Source: an uncultured Clostridia bacterium
GTDB taxonomy: Bacteria > Bacillota > Clostridia > Christensenellales > UBA1242
Reading direction: 5' to 3'
Assembly (NCBI GenBank): GCA_934747775.1
Contig: CAKVHA010000002.1
Location: forward strand, 6,361-70,360
DNA: 64,000 bases
Shown: positions 10,617-19,172 of the stretch, piece after piece
Layout of the letters: every line of letters starts with the position of its first letter
Numbering within the stretch: the stretch's first letter is position 1
Position numbers and translations under genes: made by a program
The notes under the pieces: generated by a model
The model's database searches: none
The model's input: the letters and a program-made list of their open reading frames with translations, nothing else
Told to the model about the DNA's origin: nothing

Positions 10617-11909
10617 TTATAGCTTTGCTTCCACTTTCACATTAAGATTAACAACCGAATTTTCAATAAAATTATTTTGCTGTTCTATGGCGCTAACCTT
10701 TTTTAAATACTCTTTATTTTTAAACTTAAAAAGCCTATCGTTTATAGCAAAAAGGTCGCTATTTGTGCTGTATGCTTTTGCCACAATTTTAGCTAAATTT
10801 TCTTGCAATTTGTTGTTTATTGCGGTTTTAATTGTGTCCGAAATATGTGTTTTTGTAGCATCTAAGTCTTTAATACTTTCGCGAGCTGATTGCATTTCTT
10901 GTAGTGATACAAGAAGTTTTAAATTAATATTTAGCACGGCAACATCGCCATCAAATTTATAATTTACATCGATCTTTTTTTGCACAATAGAAACGCCTAA
11001 ATTCCTTTTTAGTTCTCCATTATCTTCCACATTTTCTAGCAACATAAAGCCGTGTTTTGTATAAGGATTTAATATATTAAACACATTAGCTTCATCACCA
11101 CTAAACTCGGCAACTTTTTTGCCTTTATTGTAAAGCGCAAAATCGCCTTTACACTTAATAATTTTTTCAGGTTGGCTATTGCCGCTTTGGGTTCCGCCCG
11201 AACCGCCGCCACCTTCGGAGCCTCCTTGTTCCGAGCCACCGCCCGAGCTTTCTCCACCTTGCGATGAGTTCAAGCTAGAGCCGTTGTCTTGTTCCTCAAC
11301 CTTTACAATAGTAACCCAAGCGACTGGGCTTTTTGTGAAATATCGTGCATAAAATTCTTCTATGTTCATTTCTGATAATGCAAGGTAATCACTGCCAGTG
11401 CTAACAAGTTTTGAAAAAGTTATACCATTTTCATCTTTGTTTTCAGTGTTTGTTTGAAGCAGCTCTTTCGCTTCCCCTGGACAGTAAACAAGGTTTGTGT
11501 TTTTTGCAAGGTTTGTGGAGCGCACAAAATAATCTAGCACTTCAACAAGATTATCGTCGTCTAGCCCCTTACCAATTACAATACTGTCACAGTGCGCAAG
11601 CCCAATTTCTTTACCGAGCGAAACAGAAAGTTTATACACGGCTTCGGAAATATTTTCGCCTTTACCGCTAACAAGTTTAACATTGCTGGATATTTTAGTG
11701 GGCGATTCTTCCACCACCATTAGCGCACAAAACTCATACTTGTCGTCCTTTTTATCTATGCCAATAGACGTCATAATGGCTTGTTTTTCAAACTCGGATT
11801 TTTGATATATTGCAGTAGGAAAAGTTATTGCAAAAAACAAAAAGAAAACAACAAAAGTTTTGTTTTTAATTAATTTTTTAATTAAGTTTTTCATATTGTT
11901 TTCTCCCAC
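10617..11909 (-). CDS. Ger(x)C-family spore germination receptor C subunit (probable start ATG 11894)
   Basis: Third gene of the A-B-C operon; it overlaps the end of the B gene. The block AIMTSIGIDKK matches the conserved GID block near the N-terminus of GerAC-type proteins. The N-terminus is a hydrophobic anchor with no lipobox Cys. A Gly/Ser-rich insert spans residues ~205-248. Confidence 0.7.
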   Translation of the reverse strand: MGENNMKNLIKKLIKNKTFVVFFLFFAITFPTAIYQKSEFEKQAIMTSIGIDKKDDKYEFCALMVVEESPTKISSNVKLVSGKGENISEAVYKLSVSLGKEIGLAHCDSIVIGKGLDDDNLVEVLDYFVRSTNLAKNTNLVYCPGEAKELLQTNTENKDENGITFSKLVSTGSDYLALSEMNIEEFYARYFTKSPVAWVTIVKVEEQDNGSSLNSSQGGESSGGGSEQGGSEGGGGSGGTQSGNSQPEKIIKCKGDFALYNKGKKVAEFSGDEANVFNILNPYTKHGFMLLENVEDNGELKRNLGVSIVQKKIDVNYKFDGDVAVLNINLKLLVSLQEMQSARESIKDLDATKTHISDTIKTAINNKLQENLAKIVAKAYSTNSDLFAINDRLFKFKNKEYLKKVSAIEQQNNFIENSVVNLNVKVEAKL

Positions 11910-12972
11910 GCGAAGCTATTAATAAAAACAGCATTGTTAAAACCTTAAACGCCATAAAGCTTGACGCAAACACAGCGGAACATACAATTTTTATAGCATC
12001 GGCAAAATTTAAGTAGAACGCATAAAGCAACAAGAAAATAACCACCGACACACCAACCGAAATCCAAAAGCGGCTTTTAATGCTGGTTACATATTCCACA
12101 CATTCTACAGTACAAACAAGCATTAGACCTGTTTGGGAAATTAGCACAATTGTCCAAATAACAATACTAAACCACTCCAACCTACCATTATTAGACGCCA
12201 TATTTGAATACAACGGAACATCACTAACCGCAAGACCTTGATTTACAACCATATCACCAAACAACGCAACAAAAATTACAAAAAACAACATTATAAACAA
12301 ATCGGTTATTAATGTAAACTTAATTATTGTTTTGGGCGTGTCTTTTGTGTATTCAAATCTGCCCATACAAAGCAAAAGCACTAAAAAGTCGCCAAACTGA
12401 AATGTTGTGAAAAACGAACCACTAATTATGGGCTTAGCTCCGTTTGCCATAAACGGTAAAAGGTTGTACAATTTTAATTCCCTAACCGGCAACAAAACCG
12501 ATAGTATTGCACCAGCAACAACTAGATAATAAAAAAATTCCGCAGATCTTGCAAAGGTTCTAAAACTCTTGTTCATAATATAAATTAAAAGTGCAATTAG
12601 TGGAAAAACAAACAGCGACCACTGAATATCTTTAAACAAAAACCGAACAAAATAATTTTGTAATTCCTTAATAGACATTAACGCTTTAAACACAAAAAAC
12701 ACAGCAAGCAAACTTACAATAATTTTACTCATCACCTTTCCAAGCGACCCTTCTAGCACTTCATAAAAAGTTTTATTCGGGTTTTTCTTTATGACATAAA
12801 CTAGCAACATAACAAACATAAAGTCCACACATAATGACAAAAACACCGATAAATAACAATCGTTTAAAGCATAGCTTCCCACAACCGCTGGAAATATTAA
12901 CACCTTTAATGATATTATCGACAAACTTAAAACCACACCCAATTGGTGGTTTGTTATTTGTTTCTCTTTCAT
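11878..12972 (-). CDS. Spore germination receptor B subunit (GerAB/GerKB-type permease)
   Basis: 364 aa and almost entirely hydrophobic, with about 10 TM segments. It sits between the A and C subunits, and its start abuts the stop of the A gene at 12972. Confidence 0.7.
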   Translation of the reverse strand: MKEKQITNHQLGVVLSLSIISLKVLIFPAVVGSYALNDCYLSVFLSLCVDFMFVMLLVYVIKKNPNKTFYEVLEGSLGKVMSKIIVSLLAVFFVFKALMSIKELQNYFVRFLFKDIQWSLFVFPLIALLIYIMNKSFRTFARSAEFFYYLVVAGAILSVLLPVRELKLYNLLPFMANGAKPIISGSFFTTFQFGDFLVLLLCMGRFEYTKDTPKTIIKFTLITDLFIMLFFVIFVALFGDMVVNQGLAVSDVPLYSNMASNNGRLEWFSIVIWTIVLISQTGLMLVCTVECVEYVTSIKSRFWISVGVSVVIFLLLYAFYLNFADAIKIVCSAVFASSFMAFKVLTMLFLLIASRGRKQYEKLN

Positions 12973-14417
12973 TATTTTAATCTCCTTTTGTTTATGTTTT
13001 TAATACTTTCTGGTCGTGTTTTAATATCCACAATATCCTTTTTAATTGCGGCATCTTGAAAGTCGTGTTTAATGTAAGGCGAAAAAGGCGCAAGATAAGC
13101 GCTGCCATAATTATCAAAGTCGTTAAGATAGAATATAAGATAAATGGCAAGCATTATCATTCCGTAAAATCCCAAAACTCCACCTGCAATTGTGAAAGCA
13201 AATCTTAACACAATAAACTGTGGCGACTGGTCTGGAATTGTATATAGTGTAATGCCGCTAAGCGCCACAACCATAACTGCTGGCGGCGATACAATACCCG
13301 CACTAACGGCAGTTTCACCCAAAATTAATGCTCCCACAATAGACAATGCTATTCCCAAATATTTAGGCATTCTTATACTGGCTTCGTACAGTATTTCAAA
13401 CAACAATAATATAAAAAGCGTTTCGGCAAATGGTGAAAATGGTAAGCCCAAAGTTGTGTTTACAATTGTAATAATAAATGTGAGCGGAATTATTTTATAA
13501 TGATAAAGCTGTACTGCAACATACATTCCTGGCAACATTAGCGTAATAAAAATACACACAATTCTTATTAATCTAACAATGCTAGCACGCTTACTATTAC
13601 TATAATAATCGTCGGCACTTTGGATATCTTCTAGCAATATAAATGGCAATGTTAGCACAATTGGCGAACCATTTACAATTATAGCCACTCTGCCCTCTAA
13701 AAGCTTTGACACAACCACGTCTGGCTTTTCGGAGTTTCCAACTTGCTTAAATACACTATATGGTCTACCTTCTAAAAACTGCCCAATATAATATGAATCT
13801 ATAATGCCATCAATTTTAATATTTTCTAATTTTTCTTTTATTTTAAGTGGCAACTTTTTGTCACAAACATTATCTAAATAAACAACAACGATATCAGTAT
13901 TGGTAAGCTCGCCCACTTTTAGATTTATTGTTTTTAAATGTTGTGTTGCTAATATTTCTTTAATTAACGCCAAGTTTGTTTTGTAATTTTCTACAAATCC
14001 GCGTCGTGGACCTTTTAAAACCGCACTTGTAGGCGGCTCAGCAATGGCACGTTCTTTTAACTCGTCTACACCTAGCACCAGCGCGTTTGTTTGACCTTCT
14101 ACAAACACTATCGCCTTACCTTTTGTAATTTGCTCCACAACATCACTCATACTGTTTGTTAGCTGGCTATCGGGAAAGAACAATACATTTTTATCTAAGT
14201 ATTGCATAATGCCGTTTTGAGGCAGCTTTTGGGCGGAAATAAGCGGTTCGAGCACCGACTTACCTATTTGTTCAATATTAACTAATCCATTTGAAAACAC
14301 GCAGCAAGCGTTGTGTTTTTCAATTTTAAATTCTCTAACAATAAAATCACTATTATTGTTAAACTGCGTTTTTAAATAATCAACAATTCGCTTTAAGTTT
14401 TTTGTAATTTTTTTCAT
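12972..14417 (-). CDS. Spore germination receptor A subunit (GerA family)
   Basis: 481 aa with a soluble N-terminal half and a C-terminal multi-TM region. Blocks such as GRVAIIVNGSPIVLTLP and MLPGMYVAVQLYHYKIIP are typical of GerAA/GerKA proteins. AAAGGTGA RBS precedes the ATG. Confidence 0.8.
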   Translation of the reverse strand: MKKITKNLKRIVDYLKTQFNNNSDFIVREFKIEKHNACCVFSNGLVNIEQIGKSVLEPLISAQKLPQNGIMQYLDKNVLFFPDSQLTNSMSDVVEQITKGKAIVFVEGQTNALVLGVDELKERAIAEPPTSAVLKGPRRGFVENYKTNLALIKEILATQHLKTINLKVGELTNTDIVVVYLDNVCDKKLPLKIKEKLENIKIDGIIDSYYIGQFLEGRPYSVFKQVGNSEKPDVVVSKLLEGRVAIIVNGSPIVLTLPFILLEDIQSADDYYSNSKRASIVRLIRIVCIFITLMLPGMYVAVQLYHYKIIPLTFIITIVNTTLGLPFSPFAETLFILLLFEILYEASIRMPKYLGIALSIVGALILGETAVSAGIVSPPAVMVVALSGITLYTIPDQSPQFIVLRFAFTIAGGVLGFYGMIMLAIYLIFYLNDFDNYGSAYLAPFSPYIKHDFQDAAIKKDIVDIKTRPESIKNINKRRLK

Positions 14418-14490
14418 ATTTCACCTTTAAATTATTTTGCGTGGTAGAATAGCAAATTATACAAAAATCAGCCTTTTTAAAAATAATGTA

Positions 14491-14552
14491 TTTACTTTTA
14501 TTAAATTTGTGATACAATATATTTATCACATTTAAAAAGAAGGTTTATCACA
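14491..14552 (+). promoter_or_regulatory. Candidate promoter overlapped by an inverted-repeat operator
   Basis: -35 is TTTACT at 14491-14496; extended -10 is TGaTACAAT at 14510-14518. The inverted repeat is TGTGATA (14508-14514), N9, TATCACA (14524-14530). A third TATCACA half-site lies at 14546-14552, just before ATG 14556. Confidence 0.35.
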
Positions 14553-14555
14553 CTT

Positions 14556-15194
14556 ATGACAAAGAATATTCTTCCACCAGCAGACACACGAAGCCACCAA
14601 GTAGAAACTATGGTTGCTAGCTCCAACAGCGGCGGCACTTGGACAATTGGAAATATCTCTGTTTCCATTCCAGAAAAATTTCGTGACAACAAAAACTTTA
14701 AAAAGCGTATGGTTTTGTATAGCACATATCTTAAAACACAAGACCCTATTATTTGGGATTTATACCTAAACCAACGCAGCAAATTAACAAAGGTAACACT
14801 TGACTGGATTATTTCAAAATATGATATTAGCGGCTTAAACAACGAACTTAAAGAAGAATTTATTCAAGCCTCTAAAATGTATTTAAGTAATATTAAAGCA
14901 GAAATAAAAACACTAGACGAAGAAGCATTAAAGAAAAGAAACGAAAAAAACAGAGAATATCAAAAACAAAAAAGAGAAGCCATTAAAGCAGGCACTTATG
15001 TTAATAAAAACGAAGCAAAGGCTCAAAGAAGAAAAGAAAACGAAACTAGCGAAAGCAATTCAATGTCTTTAGAAGCATTAAAGGAAAAGCTTAACGAAAG
15101 AAAAACAAAGAAAGCAGCAGAAAGAGAACTTGAAGAAAGAAAACAACTATCTCAAAAAATATCTTGGGATACTGGAACAAATTGCAAGTATTAA
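14556..15194 (+). CDS. Hypothetical protein with a Lys/Glu-rich coiled-coil-like C-terminal half
   Basis: 212-aa ORF, divergent from the ger operon and followed by a clean hairpin terminator. I recognise no family motif. The C-terminal 100 aa are K/E/R-rich (KKRNEKNREYQKQKREAIK..ERELEERKQL). The RBS is weak (AGAAGG 13 nt upstream). Confidence 0.5.
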   Translation: MTKNILPPADTRSHQVETMVASSNSGGTWTIGNISVSIPEKFRDNKNFKKRMVLYSTYLKTQDPIIWDLYLNQRSKLTKVTLDWIISKYDISGLNNELKEEFIQASKMYLSNIKAEIKTLDEEALKKRNEKNREYQKQKREAIKAGTYVNKNEAKAQRRKENETSESNSMSLEALKEKLNERKTKKAAERELEERKQLSQKISWDTGTNCKY

Positions 15195-15225
15195 TAGTTG
15201 GATTTTAGTATTAACACAAACAAAA

Positions 15226-15255
15226 AAGCATATTGAATAATCGATATGCTTTTTT
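15226..15255. terminator. Rho-independent terminator (bidirectional) between convergent genes
   Basis: AAGCATAT, 10-nt loop, ATATGCTT. An A-run lies on the left and a T-run on the right. Confidence 0.7.
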
Positions 15256-15332
15256 ATTTTACATTATTAACATTATTTAATCACTTCGCGTTGATAACAT
15301 TTAATTGTTTAGTGGTCTATTATTCACCAACG

Positions 15333-17996
15333 CTATCTGTTGATAAATTTAATATTAAAAGATGCGGTAGTAAATTCTTTTACAAACTCATAAGTTCCAT
15401 CATCTTTTTGAACATTACTAGCAGATGTTGTGTATGCGCCAATTCTTTCAAGCGTTATTGTTTTTCCACTTAATTGCGAATTGATATAACTAGCAAACAA
15501 GGTTTCTTTTTGAGTATCGTCCATTGCTGCAATCTCAGCTGCTGTTTTGCCATTAGCAAGCAAAACATTTTCAATAAAATCTTTAGAAATAGTTACATTA
15601 GACGATTTTTGAATGTTGTTTGCTTCCACAAATGCTAAGTATTTTTGCAAACGTTTTGCGCTAGAAATGCTTGCATTTATTTTAAGCACAGCCAAAACAC
15701 CAACCTTATCTTCGGCGTATTCATAGCCAGCCAAACGTTGTGGAAGGCGGTATTTAATAATTTCACCATTTGCCAATTTAAAATATCCGTCTTCATTATA
15801 TTCCAAATTTACTTGTGTTGCAAACATGCTAATATCATTTTCATCTACTTCATTAGCACTTACAAATTCTATTGAACAAGCACTGTACAAATATTTATTT
15901 TTCTTTAGAGCGTCAAAAATTTCTGTTTGGGTAAGCAAAACCGCTTTACCTGCCCTACTTGCGTTCTTTTTTGCCTCGCTCATATTATTTGAAACATACT
16001 CTTGCGTAAACACAACTTCAATTTCAGAAACATCGGCAGTAAGTGCGTAATCAAACAAAGCCTTAACGTCGGCGTCGGAATTAATTACACGAGTTAAGTT
16101 TGTGGCGCCATTAGAATAAACTGTTTCGCCATAGTAATTGAATCGATTGTTTGCTGGCATCATTTTAAACAACACATCGTTTTCAAAAGGTTTGTGAGTT
16201 GTAATTTCGTTGTCGCTAACCATAAAATATGTATGAAGTGCAACTTCGTTTTCGTTAACATGTCCTTCAACATAATAATTTGCTTTAACATCGCTAGAAT
16301 ATGCAGTATACATTGGATAAATGCTGCCACTTACAGTTTCAGTCCACGTGATATCAACAACATACCACGCGCCGTTTACATAAACCTTGTTCCAAGCATG
16401 ACCGCCACCACTAGCAGTACCCATAACCCTAACAGCATTTATGCCTTCCATATTGCACATAAGCGCAAAAGCCTTACTCATTGCATCACACACAACAAGT
16501 TTGTTTTTGTTAAGAAAAAACCCTTCAAGATAGTAGCACGACATATACATAGGATTAATATCGTTGTTGCTGGTTGCACTTTTATTGTAGGTGTCGTAAT
16601 CGTAAATGCTATTATCCATAATGTAGTCAAAAATTGCTAGTGCTTTTTCATAATCGGTCATACCGTTATAAATAATTTCTTGCAAGGCGGTTTTTGCTGC
16701 GGCATAAATCAAATCCGCACGGCTGCCTTTTACACACACTGGTGTAACGTGATTTGTAACCGCCCAATAAAGCTGTTCGCTGCTGCTAACACTGGTTTTT
16801 AACAACCAACTATCACTTACAAACTTGTCATCGCGAGCAGTGTAACCACTTTTACCGCTTAAAGTTTTGTAATATGGTGTTATTGCCACTTGACTAATGG
16901 TCGACGAACTTGCACCTTCTCCAGTATACGATGGCTCAGTTACTTTTGTACCATTCTTGCTGGAATAGCGGCAAGTTAGTTGGAATAAATAATCACCATT
17001 ATCGCCATATTTGTTAAGTTTTGAAAGAGTTGGAAGCGATGAAAACGCGTAAGTTTCAAAGTACGCATAACTCATAATATAATTGTCTGCGTTGTTTGTT
17101 ACGGTTTCAAAATATGTATCGTTGTAATTAGAATAAAATTTGCTTTCTACCAAAAACTTTTCGCTTTCGCTACGCATTATAAATACGTAGTAATAAAAGT
17201 TTTTAAGTTCGTCTAGATTTTCAATAAAATAATCGTAAACTCCGCCTTTAAAAATGTAATATTTTGTAGTGTATGCTGAGCGCGAGCTATTGTTTACTGG
17301 GTTGTAATACAAAATGTTTGAAACATAATATTTTTCATTATAAACCGAACTAACTCTAGCGGCAATTACATCGTGCGACACAATATAATTGTCTTCTATT
17401 GTGTAGCTGTAGGTGTAATTTAGCTCGTTATCTTCGGTTAAAGTTTCTGGCTTATTTACGGTAAGGTTTACAACGCCAAGAGTGTTGGAAAATAACGAAA
17501 GTTCAAAAGCCGATATACCTTTAAATGGCGATTTCCAAGTTATTGTTTTGTTGTTAATAACCACATCTTTTGGACTATAAACCTTGCTTTCTTCGTACTT
17601 AATGCCACTAAGGTTGTTGTTTAAAATATCTAGCGCAGTGCCATAAGTTATGGCCACAGTGTTTGTTTTTTTGCTGCTAGAATATTGCGAATTACCTATT
17701 GCTTTTACTTGAAAGCGGTATTCGCCTGCCTTTTTTAAATAATCTGTGTAATTAAATGTATAAGTTGATTTATCCTTTTTTTCAACAATTTCGTCAACTT
17801 TTTGTTCGTTTATATAAATTTCATAACTGCTGGCGTTGTGGTTTGCATTAAACGACAGCGTATTTGTTGTTTGGTCTACGCTAATTGTGGGAGTATCAAG
17901 CTTTGCACTGCTAAAAAAGTTGCAGCCGCCAAGCACACACGCGCACATCACAATAACTATTAAAGAACAAACAACGCGTCTAAAATATTTTTTCAT
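15333..17996 (-). CDS. Transglutaminase-like (Cys-His-Asp core) surface lipoprotein
   Basis: Signal peptide ends in the lipobox VLGGC. Core motif is VVCDAMSKAFALMC..GINAVRVMGTASGGGHAWNKVYVNGAWYVVDITW, matching the transglutaminase-like superfamily pattern. The start is 20 nt after the upstream gene's stop and has an AAAGAGG RBS, so the two are likely co-transcribed. Confidence 0.7.
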   Translation of the reverse strand: MKKYFRRVVCSLIVIVMCACVLGGCNFFSSAKLDTPTISVDQTTNTLSFNANHNASSYEIYINEQKVDEIVEKKDKSTYTFNYTDYLKKAGEYRFQVKAIGNSQYSSSKKTNTVAITYGTALDILNNNLSGIKYEESKVYSPKDVVINNKTITWKSPFKGISAFELSLFSNTLGVVNLTVNKPETLTEDNELNYTYSYTIEDNYIVSHDVIAARVSSVYNEKYYVSNILYYNPVNNSSRSAYTTKYYIFKGGVYDYFIENLDELKNFYYYVFIMRSESEKFLVESKFYSNYNDTYFETVTNNADNYIMSYAYFETYAFSSLPTLSKLNKYGDNGDYLFQLTCRYSSKNGTKVTEPSYTGEGASSSTISQVAITPYYKTLSGKSGYTARDDKFVSDSWLLKTSVSSSEQLYWAVTNHVTPVCVKGSRADLIYAAAKTALQEIIYNGMTDYEKALAIFDYIMDNSIYDYDTYNKSATSNNDINPMYMSCYYLEGFFLNKNKLVVCDAMSKAFALMCNMEGINAVRVMGTASGGGHAWNKVYVNGAWYVVDITWTETVSGSIYPMYTAYSSDVKANYYVEGHVNENEVALHTYFMVSDNEITTHKPFENDVLFKMMPANNRFNYYGETVYSNGATNLTRVINSDADVKALFDYALTADVSEIEVVFTQEYVSNNMSEAKKNASRAGKAVLLTQTEIFDALKKNKYLYSACSIEFVSANEVDENDISMFATQVNLEYNEDGYFKLANGEIIKYRLPQRLAGYEYAEDKVGVLAVLKINASISSAKRLQKYLAFVEANNIQKSSNVTISKDFIENVLLANGKTAAEIAAMDDTQKETLFASYINSQLSGKTITLERIGAYTTSASNVQKDDGTYEFVKEFTTASFNIKFINR

Positions 17997-18016
17997 AAAA
18001 CACTAAAAACCTCTTT

Positions 18017-18910
18017 TTAAGACTGCAATTTGTTTCCTTGTTGGTTGTAACCCTGCTCCATATTTTTCAACCAACGACGTGGTGCTGTACTCCACGCGCT
18101 AGATGAGTCTTCGCCAATATTTTTTAAATTAGCTTCAACTGCTTCTATAGTTATTATAATTTCGGCAGATTTTCCGCCAAAAGCATTTACAGAGTTTTCA
18201 TAACTAAACTGAACTTCATTAAAAAGCGTTAGTCTTTGTTGTGGTTTTAGCGAACCATAAAAATAATAGTAGCCGTCCCACTCGTAGTTTTCTGCTTCTT
18301 CGTCTGGATTATAAATGTGCCAGTTTTCTTTTTCAATTTCAGTTAGTGTAGGGTTTAATACATTATAATACTCTACACCGTCTAATACAAGAGCTATTTT
18401 GTATCTTATATATATATTTGTGCCATTAACGTCGGTTTCTTCGTCGCCTTCATACTTGTTTGAGTTTCTAACACCCACAACAACTGGAAATTTATCACCT
18501 GGGTAAATTTCTTTTTTGCGGATGCTAATATCACTAGGACTGCCCTGTTCGGGGTCTATGTTTTCTATCATATTACTACTCAATCTAATTTCTGCACCAC
18601 CAACAATTGTACCTTTGTTTCTGGTGAAAAAGTAGATTGCAACGCCAACGCCAGCAAGCAATAAAATAATTAATAAAATTATTAAAATTCGCTTAAACCA
18701 CACACCAGCCGCTCGTTTTTTGTCGTCATCATCGTCGTCATCATTTCTATTTAGTTGTTCCGAAAGTTTTTTAATGTTTTGGTCATTTTTTTCTTTATCT
18801 AAATTTGCTTTTTGAGTAGGATTTGTAGGTTTTTGGGGTGCATTGGAAGAACCCGAACTTGCGTTCGTGCCAAATGATTTATTTGTTGTATTTAAATTGT
18901 CATTTTCCAT
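18017..18910 (-). CDS. TasA/camelysin-like paralog D: membrane-anchored, with an N-terminal disordered cytoplasmic tail containing a poly-Asp run
   Basis: About 65 aa of low-complexity N-terminus (..NRNDDDDDDDKKRAAGVWFKR), then the TM helix ILIILLIILLLAGVGVAIYFF. The ectodomain shares landmarks with neighbours B and C: YPGDKF, IYIRYKIAL, WDGYYYFYGSLKPQQ, SAEIIITIEAVEAN, AWSTAP. Confidence 0.55.
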   Translation of the reverse strand: MENDNLNTTNKSFGTNASSGSSNAPQKPTNPTQKANLDKEKNDQNIKKLSEQLNRNDDDDDDDKKRAAGVWFKRILIILLIILLLAGVGVAIYFFTRNKGTIVGGAEIRLSSNMIENIDPEQGSPSDISIRKKEIYPGDKFPVVVGVRNSNKYEGDEETDVNGTNIYIRYKIALVLDGVEYYNVLNPTLTEIEKENWHIYNPDEEAENYEWDGYYYFYGSLKPQQRLTLFNEVQFSYENSVNAFGGKSAEIIITIEAVEANLKNIGEDSSSAWSTAPRRWLKNMEQGYNQQGNKLQS

Positions 18911-18959
18911 ATTTTTGCACTCCTTTTATGTTTTATTATGTAGTTATGCGGTTTTATTT

Positions 18960-19075
18960 ACATTGGATATAAGTAAGAGAGTAGAAATATACTAATTTCG
19001 TGTACTTACTGGACTACCCCACCACCGCAAAGCAGTCCCCCGCCCGCTTACAAGGGGCGGATAAATCTCAAATAA
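18960..19075. other. GC-rich structured intergenic element (candidate cis-regulatory RNA or small RNA); strand unresolved
   Basis: Locally GC-rich inside an AT-rich spacer. Nested hairpins are GGACT..(18 nt)..AGTCC and CCGCCC-gcttacaag-GGGCGG. The 14-mer AAATATACTAATTT (18985-18998, plus strand) is identical to the promoter-like part of the 20.6-kb repeat, where it lies on the minus strand. Confidence 0.35.
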
Positions 19076-19172
19076 CAACTTTATTTTACAAGTGAACACG
19101 GGTGTAAGGTTTATTCTTAGAATATGTTATCACAACAACCTGTGTATTACTCCTAGTTTCTTCAATGAGATT

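Noticed and set aside
14433-14462. Forespore sigma-G/F-like promoter for the ger operon (GTATA, 18 nt, CAAAATA on the minus strand)
   Set aside because: The -10-like element ends only 15 nt before ATG 14417. Transcription would then start inside or after the AAAGGTGA RBS. The real promoter is probably further upstream, and I could not identify it.
14501-14842. 113-aa minus-strand ORF (and the 69-aa ORF at 14532-14741) overlapping the 14556-15194 gene
   Set aside because: There is no RBS, and it would have to start inside the plus-strand gene and run through the promoter/operator region. The plus-strand ORF is longer and has its own terminator. Confidence in the plus-strand gene itself is only moderate.
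18960-19075. Possible c-di-GMP-I (GEMM-I) riboswitch in front of TasA-like gene D, an attractive idea because c-di-GMP riboswitches often control pili and adhesins in Clostridia
   Set aside because: Only the 8-mer CGCAAAGC and a following C-rich run resemble the GGGACGCAAAGCC.CCGGCC core. It lies on the plus strand, antisense to the downstream gene. I could not find the 5' half (CACGCACAGGGCAAA) or the GNRA tetraloop and receptor. An Infernal scan is still needed.
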